Positions 55,394-64,000 of a stretch of 64,000 nt of DNA are shown piece by piece. The translations under genes were made by a program, and so were the position numbers. Location of the stretch: the IMG/VR virus record IMGVR_UViG_3300042308_001511, positions 1 to 64,000 of that record; one strand, 5' to 3'. Below the pieces are notes generated by a model. It was not told the origin of the DNA, did not search any database, and saw only the letters and a list, made by a program, of their open reading frames with translations. The number at the start of each line of letters is the position of its first letter. Position 1 is the first letter of the stretch.

Positions 55394-56725
55394 TTATTGA
55401 TCCAAAAATTGATCGTTCTCTAATGTTAGATAAGTTGGATTTAAGTTCAATTTTATCTGAGCTCTCGAGAAATCACCATCCCTCTGTTTTAATAGTTTGA
55501 ACCTGTAGATATTCTGTCTTTTCATCTCCTCTGTTCTTATTATAGCAAAAAAGGTATCTGCCGTTTCTGCAATCGCCTTAGATTCTGGAACAGATTCAAG
55601 TGTTATATCTGCTGAGTTCCAAGCATCTTTGGCAACTTGTACTCCGGTGATGACTGGTGCTCCCCATTTGGCACCTATCGCTCTTAGACCCTCTGCAAGT
55701 GATTTTCCTTTGGTATATAGGTTATCTGCAATTGCACCCTTTGTTGCGGCAATAAGTGTGATGTAATCCACCACAATCATGTCTATTTTTATACCTCTCT
55801 TCTCCTTTAACTTCTGTATATAATTATCAAAGTCAGAAACTGTTGCAGTTCCTGCTGCCCAGAACTTAGTTATAATTTTTCCGACTTTCTTATCAAAGAG
55901 ATCACCACCAGATTGACTACTAAGTGATGAAATCCTTTTCTTTATCATTTCTGTGTCCTTTGAGAGTGTATCGTAGTCATTGATTGGTATCTGAAGTCTC
56001 ATAGCACCCAGCCTCTTCATAACCTTTCTCTCACTCATCTCAAGTGTTATGTAAAGAACGTTATGACCCATATTAGCAGATTTCACAGCAAAGTTCTGCA
56101 TCCATAAACTCTTACCTCCATTAGTTTGAGCCATAATTACGTTTAGTGTGGCAATATCCCATCCACCACCGAGCATATGATCTATTGTTTCAAATCCACA
56201 CTTAACTTTAAATTTTGCAGAATCTTGAACGTGATTTTCTGGTTCGTCAAAGTCAGAACCGAGATCATCTTCGTCAACGAAATTTGTAGAAGACATCTCA
56301 TCTACGATGTTTTTTATACGGTTAGCTGCCTCTATTGCTTTTTCGAAATCTGATATATTGTCGAGACCTCTTGTCTCATCTATGATATCAACGGTTCCGT
56401 TCTTTAACCTATTGGAAAGTAACCACCCATTGAACTTTGGTTCTATAAAGTTTTTTTCATCATATTCTCTCAAATCCACCTGTAAGATTGACTTTAGTAT
56501 TTCTTTAGTGATGATACCTTCTTTGTCATCTATATTGACCATATCGAGTATTTGTCTTGGTGTAGGAACCGCTATATCTGATCCGGATATCATATATTTC
56601 CTTATAACACCATAAACAAATTGTATTTCGGAATTTCTGAAAAAATGTGGTTGTACAAGTTCAAAATATTTCTTATTTTTGAGTATGTAATTGAAGTAAA
56701 CCTTCTCTAATTGTGGGGTAGTCAT
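55394..56725 (-). CDS. Replicative DnaB/T4 gp41-like helicase
   Basis: Walker A AQTNGGKS, YITLEMS, VVDYI, VITGVQ, ESKAIAETAD, KQRDG. Confidence 0.92.
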   Translation of the reverse strand: MTTPQLEKVYFNYILKNKKYFELVQPHFFRNSEIQFVYGVIRKYMISGSDIAVPTPRQILDMVNIDDKEGIITKEILKSILQVDLREYDEKNFIEPKFNGWLLSNRLKNGTVDIIDETRGLDNISDFEKAIEAANRIKNIVDEMSSTNFVDEDDLGSDFDEPENHVQDSAKFKVKCGFETIDHMLGGGWDIATLNVIMAQTNGGKSLWMQNFAVKSANMGHNVLYITLEMSERKVMKRLGAMRLQIPINDYDTLSKDTEMIKKRISSLSSQSGGDLFDKKVGKIITKFWAAGTATVSDFDNYIQKLKEKRGIKIDMIVVDYITLIAATKGAIADNLYTKGKSLAEGLRAIGAKWGAPVITGVQVAKDAWNSADITLESVPESKAIAETADTFFAIIRTEEMKRQNIYRFKLLKQRDGDFSRAQIKLNLNPTYLTLENDQFLDQ

Positions 56726-56805
56726 AAATTAAATGTCTTTATAAGATATTATATGACACCGATACTCTTGGTTTGCAACCAAAAGTCTATTTTTAGTACC
56801 GATAT

Positions 56806-57702
56806 TTATTGTTCCTTTATAAGGTCGTGACCATCACCGTCAATATCACCAACTTTTTTTATAAGTGGTACCTCTATATCTTCGACTTCTTTTTTTAGTC
56901 TTTCTCTATCCTTATTAGAAATTTTGAGTACATCTTTTAGTTTGTTCATAAAGAAACCGATACCGTGTTTGGCCATCAATGCGGTTATACCGGCGGAGAA
57001 CATAGCCAGATTCATAAGGAATGTTTCTAAGTCCATATTGTAAATACCGATAATTGCATTTATACCATTCATTACCGGGACTAACATAGCCGTATATGAA
57101 ATCATATCTATGAATCCGGTCCTTAGTGCTGCATTTCCACGCATAAAAAATTCTAATGTATCCATCAGACCTATCTTTTTGATTCCCTTTATGAGTATAA
57201 AGAAAATCTTTTTAGTTGCCTTTAAACACTCTACGACTTTTGACAAAACCGAACTATCTGATCCGTTTTTACTTCCGGTATTTGCGTTAGGGAATCCGGC
57301 GAGTTGTAGTTCAGAAAGTATTAACTTAACTTCAGCAAGCATCTGTTTTCTGTGTCCATCTTCGTTACTTTTAGAGTGTTTCTTTTCTTCGAGAACTATT
57401 AAGTAAACAGCTGCTATTGTTAGAAGTACAACCGTACGTGTATCCATTGCTGGTGCGGTCTTCGATATTAGATTATCTACTATAGGATAAAGTGCACCAA
57501 TTCCTGCACCAAAAGTTCCTATAAGGTTGAAATTAAGTTTAATATCTCCTTTTACTCCGGATTTGAACTTATCAATCTCCTCAGTTTGTATCTTTTTATA
57601 TTCTTCTTTGTTAACCGACTCATTTATAGCGGTGTCCATATTTTTGAAGAAGTCCAGAGCCATTTCTCGACCCAGGTTGTATTCGTCGAATTTTCCAATC
57701 AT
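56806..57702 (-). CDS. Membrane-associated protein with CTS-like N-terminus
   Basis: MIGKFDEY...INES; several hydrophobic helices; TAATATATA at 57707-57715. Confidence 0.65.
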   Translation of the reverse strand: MIGKFDEYNLGREMALDFFKNMDTAINESVNKEEYKKIQTEEIDKFKSGVKGDIKLNFNLIGTFGAGIGALYPIVDNLISKTAPAMDTRTVVLLTIAAVYLIVLEEKKHSKSNEDGHRKQMLAEVKLILSELQLAGFPNANTGSKNGSDSSVLSKVVECLKATKKIFFILIKGIKKIGLMDTLEFFMRGNAALRTGFIDMISYTAMLVPVMNGINAIIGIYNMDLETFLMNLAMFSAGITALMAKHGIGFFMNKLKDVLKISNKDRERLKKEVEDIEVPLIKKVGDIDGDGHDLIKEQ

Positions 57703-57777
57703 ACTTTATATATTATTGTAAGAATTTCGCTTTTTGGTATTAGAAAAGAAATATATACTAAAAAATAAATCTAAAAG

Positions 57778-58323
57778 ATGAAATTAAAAAACATAAAGGC
57801 TTTCGAAGAATTTTTCTACTTTGATCAAGAAGAAGAAAGAGCTTCAAACGAAAGACCAGAAACGGATAGTTGTCCGGATTGTGGAGACGACGTTGCAACA
57901 TGTGATTGTGTAGATTACGATGACGAATTGAGAGATTACGTAAAACCATCAAATCGTGAAGAGGAAATCTATGGTGACGATGATGATTATGATAAAAATT
58001 TCGAGTTAGCACCAGTAGGTGAAGAAGACTCTGAGTATGATGAGGAAGAAGAAGAGGAAGAAGACGATACTAATAAACCATGGGGTGATGAAGGTATCAG
58101 ACTCGAAAGATTCTCAACATTCAACGAAAAGAAGAAAGCTCCTAAGAAGGATGACGAAAAAACTCCTAAAAAACCAGACTTCAAAGACTTCGACAAAGAC
58201 GGAGACACAGAAGAGCCTATGACTAAAGCACTCAAAGACAAAGGTAGTAAGAAGTTTGAAAAACCTAAGAAAGGTGAAATTCCTGCGGCACTAGCAGCAT
58301 ACCAGAAAAAGAAAAAGAAATAA
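57778..58323 (+). CDS. Low-complexity acidic/basic internal-protein-like ORF
   Basis: MKLKNIKAFEEF; CPDC...CDC; EF-hand-like DFDKDGDTEEPM. Confidence 0.7.
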   Translation: MKLKNIKAFEEFFYFDQEEERASNERPETDSCPDCGDDVATCDCVDYDDELRDYVKPSNREEEIYGDDDDYDKNFELAPVGEEDSEYDEEEEEEEDDTNKPWGDEGIRLERFSTFNEKKKAPKKDDEKTPKKPDFKDFDKDGDTEEPMTKALKDKGSKKFEKPKKGEIPAALAAYQKKKKK

Positions 58324-58325
58324 AT

Positions 58326-58354
58326 AAAAGCCCACTCGATTGAGTGGGCTTTTT
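58326..58354. terminator. Bidirectional terminator
   Basis: aaaagcccactc-gatt-gagtgggctttt. Confidence 0.85.
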
Positions 58355-58356
58355 AT

Positions 58357-60024
58357 TTATGCCTCAAATTTCACGTTGATCTTTTTTATCGCTAGCTGGA
58401 ACCATTCCGGAAGAAAGTGCGAACTATGTCTCATAACATCACCAAATCCACCATCTATTATTATCGTGTCTGCGTAATCTATATCAGACCTTACGGCACG
58501 ACCAGTCATTTGTATCAATCCACAGACGGTTTTCCATGAGTACCAGTCAGAGTTTGTGTGTTGTCGCATCTTATTTTTTTGTGACGCAAGTGATGGATAT
58601 GGTACTTTGGCAATCACCTGAAAACGTGCTTTGTCGTTGTCGAAACTAACACCAGTATCCATAGATGGTGAAACTATCACCGTTGCATCCTCTGTCTCAC
58701 AATGTTCTCTTAGAACTTCATCTTTGTTGCTAGAGTCGTGGAATCTAAGTCTTTTGTCTTTAACCGACTTCTGAATCCATCCGGATAGTTCGAAAGAGTT
58801 TGTATGTATTATTCCTTTTTTATTTTTGTACTTATCGAGAAGTTTGCTTATATAAGGAATGTAATTTTTGAATGTCTCATCTTTACTTTTGTAAGACATC
58901 TTTCCTAAGGGCATATAATAGATTGGTCTATTTCTTAATGGGAAAGGAGATTCTATGGAGTAGAATGCTGCCAAATCTGCATCAAGTCCGTTGAGTTGAC
59001 AAAATAAGTTTTTATCAAGTATAGTTCCGGACATAAGAAAAACCATATCATAGTTACTAAAAACATATTTGTCTAAATAATCACTTGCCCATATAGGTTC
59101 AAGTGAAAGTTCTTTCTGACGTGTTTTTTCGTTCCAGTTACTTTCGAGTACCCAGTTGTCTGGATTCTCTTTGTATTCTTTCAAAAATACATCTATTTTA
59201 ACTTGTAACTGTTTTAAGTCTGTAATAAGGTTCATCAGTTTTACATCAGAGTTCTTTTTACCGAGTACTTTGTCTATCTTTAGGTCCCTTTTGTCAGTTT
59301 TTTCACTTCTTCCTGCAGTGACTAAACCTTTCTCCATACCTTCTAATGAGTCTAATATATCACCATTCAACTCCTTTAGAAATTCTACATAAGTTGATAT
59401 ACTTGAAACTGACTTCAACTTCTTCATAAGTCCGTATTCGTTACCCAATTTATATCTCTTTAGTGTTGTTTCTGTTATCTTTATTGATATAAAGTTAGAC
59501 ATTACATCATCAAATTCGTGTGCTTCGTCAACTATAAGAACCCTAGACCCTCTACTTTCTAATAATTTGGGACTATATATGGCGTAGAGTATGTATAGGT
59601 AAAAGTTTGTCAGAGATACTGTTCCTGACATATAACCTTCTCTTGCACTAGCGTATGGACATTCCTCACACCTTGTTTTGTTCAATCGGTTGAACTCGGC
59701 ACCCTGTGCACATGAACACGAATAAGCTTCACACTCATAGTTCTCCTTTCCCTTCAAATCACATATGGATGTATATGTCTCAGAGTATTGATCCTGTAGT
59801 ATCTTACTATTTGTTATCACATCTACCCTCGCCATACGAGAAACATTCTTTCGGTACCAGTCTGCAATCATAAGTGCTAGGTGGCTTTTGCCCACTCCGA
59901 CGGGGAGGTTCAAAAGGAAGAATTTAGTGGTTGGATTTTTCTTCCATTGTGAGTCAACAAACTCGAGAGCTTCTCTTTGAGCTTTTCTCGGTTTATATAT
60001 CCCTAGGTCTTTTTTGAGTGACAT
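58357..60024 (-). CDS. DinG/XPD-family SF2 helicase
   Basis: Q motif (PRKAQ), PVGVGKS, Fe-S Cys cluster, DEAH, MSGT, KVPYP, QMTGRAVRS. Confidence 0.9.
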   Translation of the reverse strand: MSLKKDLGIYKPRKAQREALEFVDSQWKKNPTTKFFLLNLPVGVGKSHLALMIADWYRKNVSRMARVDVITNSKILQDQYSETYTSICDLKGKENYECEAYSCSCAQGAEFNRLNKTRCEECPYASAREGYMSGTVSLTNFYLYILYAIYSPKLLESRGSRVLIVDEAHEFDDVMSNFISIKITETTLKRYKLGNEYGLMKKLKSVSSISTYVEFLKELNGDILDSLEGMEKGLVTAGRSEKTDKRDLKIDKVLGKKNSDVKLMNLITDLKQLQVKIDVFLKEYKENPDNWVLESNWNEKTRQKELSLEPIWASDYLDKYVFSNYDMVFLMSGTILDKNLFCQLNGLDADLAAFYSIESPFPLRNRPIYYMPLGKMSYKSKDETFKNYIPYISKLLDKYKNKKGIIHTNSFELSGWIQKSVKDKRLRFHDSSNKDEVLREHCETEDATVIVSPSMDTGVSFDNDKARFQVIAKVPYPSLASQKNKMRQHTNSDWYSWKTVCGLIQMTGRAVRSDIDYADTIIIDGGFGDVMRHSSHFLPEWFQLAIKKINVKFEA

Positions 60025-60136
60025 TTCGTTTTTTTTGTGTTTTTTATAAAAAATTATACAGTATTTTCGAAAAATAGTTTAGGAAAAGAGGTTTTTTACA
60101 TTTTTGACATAATATATACAGAAAAATATAAAAATT

Positions 60137-60316
60137 ATGCACATCCTTGACTATGATGAGTTCAACATCTACACAAGCGAGGCAGATGTTGTTAGCTACG
60201 TTGAGCAACTGATCGAGGAGGGCATAGAGCTGAAGGAAGATGCTTATGACAAATGTCTAGTTCACTTCGGCGAAAACCTCCGGAGTTTGATTGACTCTAT
60301 CTTCGTCGCTGAGTAA
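60137..60316 (+). CDS. Small unannotated 59-aa protein with CTS-like N-terminus
   Basis: MHILDYDEFNIYTSEADVVSYVEQLIEEG...IFVAE*; TAATATATA at 60110-60118 upstream and a terminator downstream. Confidence 0.7.
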   Translation: MHILDYDEFNIYTSEADVVSYVEQLIEEGIELKEDAYDKCLVHFGENLRSLIDSIFVAE

Positions 60317-60343
60317 AAATACCATCCAACGATGGTATTTTTT
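60315..60343. terminator. Bidirectional terminator
   Basis: aaaaataccatc-caac-gatggtattttt. Confidence 0.8.
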
Positions 60344-60647
60344 ATTCTAAGATATTGTCTATCTGTCTGTTGCGTCTTATCGTTTTGAGCAGGTTTTTAA
60401 GTTCCTTTTCCTCGAACTTCAACCGATTCTTGCTACTCTTACCGAGTTTCTCTTTACACCATTCACCCGGTTCACAGAACCTACCGACCGGAAATTTGTG
60501 TAGCAGGTAGAAGTCTTGGTTGTCCCAATTATCGAGATCTTCGCAGTAGGCCACTATCGCGTCGTCGTATTCGGTCCACACAGACCTTATCTCAGGAAGT
60601 GCCTGACCACGTTGACAGGATATTATGTAGACAAATTGTTCTTTCAT
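60342..60647 (-). CDS. Hypothetical protein with C-terminal RNRQIDNIL motif
   Basis: 101 aa, ATGA overlap with the polB stop. Confidence 0.7.
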   Translation of the reverse strand: MKEQFVYIISCQRGQALPEIRSVWTEYDDAIVAYCEDLDNWDNQDFYLLHKFPVGRFCEPGEWCKEKLGKSSKNRLKFEEKELKNLLKTIRRNRQIDNILE

Positions 60648-62170
60648 ATCTGCGATTCTAATTTTTTTATCTCATCGAGAACTGCTTTTAGTTCTTCTTT
60701 TCGATCCATCATTATCTTTTTGTTCTTTTTCCTATCCGCATAAACGTCTTCAAGCATAATAAGTGTAGGTGACATTCGTTTCTCAAATACAACTCCGTTC
60801 ACACAAAGAACGTGTTTATCATAATCTATCTCACGTCCGTTATCACAATGTGTTAGTTTCTTAGTATCCTGTACTCCAACAAAGTTTTCTGGTGCGATAA
60901 AGAATTGCCTTTGAGTTGTTGGATAAAGTGAGGCAAAATCGTATGTCACGCACCATCTGTTCATTCCAACCACCGGATCTTTTACCCACCCACCAGCTAA
61001 TGCTGACTCACCTTCACCTTTACCTTCTTTGAAAAGTACTATGTTATCCATTTCTCGGAATCTACCTCTCAAAACACCTTCAGTGATTGCTAATGATGCC
61101 AATGCGTTGTTCATCTGTGAAACAACGTCTACAATTTTTATTTTAGATAATGAAGAGATTGCATATACAATAGATATGTAATTTTTAGAGTCATGTATCT
61201 TTTGAACCAACACAGAATCGACGGCGTTGTAATACATAAATGTTTCGAAGTCATCCTCATATAATTTCTGTAAAGATCCTGTATATTTTATCTTCTCAAC
61301 ACCAACCAATTTATTCGATACGAAATCCAGTGAAGATGACTCTTTAACTTTTATGGATGTGTCACATATCTCATATAGTTGCATATAGTCAAAAATCATT
61401 CGATGCATAGGTACTTCGAATTCAGTTCCCCATATTTTATTCATTCTTTTGAGTGGTGATGATTCTGCTGGATTTATTGTCCATTCTTTCCCGTTCATCC
61501 ATTTGGTTATCTTCCTAGCTCGGTTGACAAGGTATAACCAGTCATAGTTGAGGAAGTTCCAACCGGTCATCAAAGGCATTTTTGGTGCCATCTTATGGAA
61601 GAATGTGTAAAGCATTTCAAATTCGTCTTCGTACTTAACATATTTGAATTTATAATCTACACCAAACTTCTCAAAGTATTTATTTGTGTTCTTCTGTATT
61701 CTAAGTTGCATATCTTCTGGCATGTCTTTTAGTCCCAGAAGTATTATTTTATCATCATATACTATGGATATAGACAGAACCTGTGTAGATGCTCCTTCTT
61801 TAACAACATTTCCTTCGGCATCTTTAACGTCTGCCGGTTCTGGAAATCCGTCAACAATCTCGGTCTCGATATCAAGGAAGTAAACTTTCGGAAGGTTGAA
61901 CTCAAAAAGCTCTTCCTGTTCCTTTGCTGGTAATCCATCTAAGAACTCGTAGATTGCGTACCTGTCAGGTCTGTCGACCTCTATTTGTTTAACGTGTTTT
62001 CCATCCCACGATTTGTAGTCTGGGTGTCTTTGTGGATCATTCTCTTCACACGTTACATATTTCATAGGATTCTCCCAGTCGTAGTATTTTAGTTTTATTT
62101 CTCCAGATTTGTCTACGTAGCTGGCTACCAGTTTTTTTGTATGTGTTAGGTATTGTGTCTCTATAAGCAT
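60644..62170 (-). CDS. Family B DNA polymerase, N-terminal part (3'-5' exonuclease plus motif A)
   Basis: ExoI DIETE, ExoII GWNFLNYD, ExoIII YNAVD, motif A DFASLYP; ends in the fingers helix without KxxxNSxYG or YGDTDS. Confidence 0.88.
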   Translation of the reverse strand: MLIETQYLTHTKKLVASYVDKSGEIKLKYYDWENPMKYVTCEENDPQRHPDYKSWDGKHVKQIEVDRPDRYAIYEFLDGLPAKEQEELFEFNLPKVYFLDIETEIVDGFPEPADVKDAEGNVVKEGASTQVLSISIVYDDKIILLGLKDMPEDMQLRIQKNTNKYFEKFGVDYKFKYVKYEDEFEMLYTFFHKMAPKMPLMTGWNFLNYDWLYLVNRARKITKWMNGKEWTINPAESSPLKRMNKIWGTEFEVPMHRMIFDYMQLYEICDTSIKVKESSSLDFVSNKLVGVEKIKYTGSLQKLYEDDFETFMYYNAVDSVLVQKIHDSKNYISIVYAISSLSKIKIVDVVSQMNNALASLAITEGVLRGRFREMDNIVLFKEGKGEGESALAGGWVKDPVVGMNRWCVTYDFASLYPTTQRQFFIAPENFVGVQDTKKLTHCDNGREIDYDKHVLCVNGVVFEKRMSPTLIMLEDVYADRKKNKKIMMDRKEELKAVLDEIKKLESQI

Positions 62171-62221
62171 CTAATTGTGTATTTGTTGTTGTTTATATTT
62201 TTGACTTTAACTATGTTTATG

Positions 62222-62734
62222 TTAGAAGTCACAGTCGTAGTAATCCAATATTCCACCATCACTCTTTACGAATATTAGTTCGTCGCGTCTTACAAGTTGA
62301 TAATCATAATGCCTTCCTAATTTGAACAGCGTTCTTATGAAAGGTATTCCTTCACCTTCGTTAACTTGTTTTTCTTCTATCATTAGACAAAGTATTTTTC
62401 TGTCTTCCTCAGGATTGTAATTAACTACTTCATCTTCATGATCTCTTTCGAGTCCTTTTTTACCATATGTTATGAATGTTGATTCAAGTCTTTCACCACT
62501 AGGTGTATACTCTATCCATACGTTGTCACCTATTTTTATATTGACATCTTCATCCTTTAAATAAACCCTTGTCCAGAAGTATACTTTCTCAGGTGTTACT
62601 TCTACCTGTATTTCACTTACATCGTCACTCAAATCGGTGGTATCTACATCCTGTAGTTGTTCTCTTACAAAGTCGTAAAGAGATATTGGATCTCCAGACC
62701 CAATAATGTATTCCTTTTCAGTACTAGTTTCCAT
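62222..62734 (-). CDS. Hypothetical protein
   Basis: 170-aa ORF in the operon. Confidence 0.65.
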   Translation of the reverse strand: METSTEKEYIIGSGDPISLYDFVREQLQDVDTTDLSDDVSEIQVEVTPEKVYFWTRVYLKDEDVNIKIGDNVWIEYTPSGERLESTFITYGKKGLERDHEDEVVNYNPEEDRKILCLMIEEKQVNEGEGIPFIRTLFKLGRHYDYQLVRRDELIFVKSDGGILDYYDCDF

Positions 62735-63008
62735 TTTTTTCGTTTGTTTTTTTATATTCTAACCAAGACTCCAAACTTTCGTAGTCTCTTGATTTACCCG
62801 CATCAAATGCTGCATTCAATTCTTTATAATTGTATTTTGGTATCGTCTTTGGTATTTCATAATTGTGGTTTCCATTCGACACAAAAGCTTGAAATAGTTT
62901 CATCTCCTCATTATATGGTCCATATTTTTCCTCGTTACGGTTGTTTATTTCGATTACGATTTGGTGTGAAGGATTGTTAGGGTCAAGACCCTCGTTCAAT
63001 TTGCTCAT
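62724..63008 (-). CDS. Hypothetical protein
   Basis: 94-aa ORF overlapping its neighbours. Confidence 0.6.
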   Translation of the reverse strand: MSKLNEGLDPNNPSHQIVIEINNRNEEKYGPYNEEMKLFQAFVSNGNHNYEIPKTIPKYNYKELNAAFDAGKSRDYESLESWLEYKKTNEKNGN

Positions 63009-63571
63009 ATTATCTCGTTTATTTTTTTGTTTCTTACATATGCCTTAGTCCACTCTTCAAGACTCAACACACCGAAGTCTGGATCCTCCACGTTGTGCTC
63101 ACTACGTACAGGTGATCTAGGCAGCAAAGTAGCATACCTATTTTCCTGGTGTCGTATGTATTTGTCATAGTTTATACAATAACCTTTGTCGGTATTGTTG
63201 TTTTTGTCAGTATCCAATAAAAACTCTAAAACAAATACATCACACGGAATACTCCTAATAAGACGTACATACTCTACAAACGGATAGTCATCTATCAGAT
63301 TGTGTATCATAAGACCTTCAACAAATACAAAAGTGTTAGGTTCCTTCTCTACGAGTTCACGGACTAATGTCAATCTTTTTGAGTCCTCAACTATGTCGGT
63401 TGAAAGAGTGAATTTCCACGTGAACTTCGAGTCAGGATATGGCATAACCTTCTGAACTTCTCTATGTGTGAGAAGAATAGATTGGTAGCCAGAGGTTTCA
63501 AGTCTCTTAGTCATCTCGATAAAAAAATAGGTCTGACTATTTGTGTCAAGCTTTATTAGTGTGTTCGGCAT
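63005..63571 (-). CDS. Hypothetical protein with C-terminal RNKKINEII motif
   Basis: 188-aa ORF. Confidence 0.65.
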   Translation of the reverse strand: MPNTLIKLDTNSQTYFFIEMTKRLETSGYQSILLTHREVQKVMPYPDSKFTWKFTLSTDIVEDSKRLTLVRELVEKEPNTFVFVEGLMIHNLIDDYPFVEYVRLIRSIPCDVFVLEFLLDTDKNNNTDKGYCINYDKYIRHQENRYATLLPRSPVRSEHNVEDPDFGVLSLEEWTKAYVRNKKINEII

Positions 63572-63603
63572 GACTATTATAAAGAGTAATCAACGGTAAG
63601 TTT

Positions 63604-63999
63604 TTAGTAGGGACAATACGGAATCCACTTTTCTTCAAACCAGAAAGTTCTTCCGGTGCTATCCTTTACCCCAACTCCTTTTTGGTAGAATACCCACTCA
63701 GAAAAGTCTTTTACATCACCACCGTTAGGATTATGCCAGTCTCTGAGTTGACCTCCATTATATTTGTATGCTTGTAATGGAATATCACAACACATATCGA
63801 GTATGTCTGGTCTTTTGTTTATAACATCTCTGGCTTTATCGAACGGATTTTCACCTAAGTAATAAAGTATAGTCGAACGAAGATAGTTGCCAATTCCATT
63901 AAAGTATTTCTGATCCAACAACGCCTCACAGATTGGTTTGTCGAATACCTTTTTGTGTAGGTTATTTAGTACATTTTCTTTAAAAACATCAAATTCTTT
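63604..63999 (-). CDS. Fpg/Nei DNA glycosylase, NEIL1-like (5' part outside the window)
   Basis: Frame is open to the window edge: FKENVLNNLHKKVFDKPICEALLDQKYFNGIGNYLR (H2TH) and DSTGRTFWF (zincless finger). Confidence 0.88.
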   Translation of the reverse strand, partial: KEFDVFKENVLNNLHKKVFDKPICEALLDQKYFNGIGNYLRSTILYYLGENPFDKARDVINKRPDILDMCCDIPLQAYKYNGGQLRDWHNPNGGDVKDFSEWVFYQKGVGVKDSTGRTFWFEEKWIPYCPY

Positions 64000-64000
64000 A

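Noticed and set aside
1-64000. Alternative genetic code (stop reassignment)
   Set aside because: Conserved genes are full length under code 11, and TAA, TAG and TGA all end genes sensibly.
1-64000. Bacterial chromosome or eukaryotic giant virus origin
   Set aside because: Host-like genes are interspersed with T4-like helicase, polymerase and baseplate genes and tail fibres, alongside bacterial-type terminators, a sigma factor and SmpB; this fits a jumbo phage.

Overview
AT-rich, gene-dense 64 kb segment of a large (jumbo/huge) tailed bacteriophage with T4-like features, read in the standard genetic code. It probably infects a Bacteroidota host: TAnnTTTG promoters, no Shine-Dalgarno signals and a Bacteroidota-like AhcY. 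It contains (i) replication/repair genes: NAD-dependent ligase, DnaB/gp41-like helicase, DinG-like helicase, the N-terminal half of a split family-B polymerase, NrdA, a RuvC-like nuclease, a DNA methyltransferase and a NEIL1-like glycosylase; (ii) host-takeover/auxiliary genes: S1-like ribosomal protein, ECF sigma factor, ClpP, thioredoxin, SmpB, AhcY, a nucleotidyltransferase and Ro60/TROVE; (iii) a virion module with a 2709-aa Gly-Ser/Thr collagen-like fibre. The top finding is a Ro60 gene preceded by two Y-RNA-like ncRNAs, one carrying a ~200-nt non-tRNA domain with tandem H-type pseudoknots, and separated from the Ro ORF by a perfect-palindrome terminator. Other notable patterns: a TAATATATA putative late promoter (13 exact copies) coupled to about 11 proteins with a T4-like capsid-targeting N-terminus, a recurrent R-x-x-K/R-I-x-x-I/L motif, mostly C-terminal, on unrelated small proteins, and a stand-alone fragment of the major capsid protein. 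All calls are from motif recognition by eye; no database searches were run.
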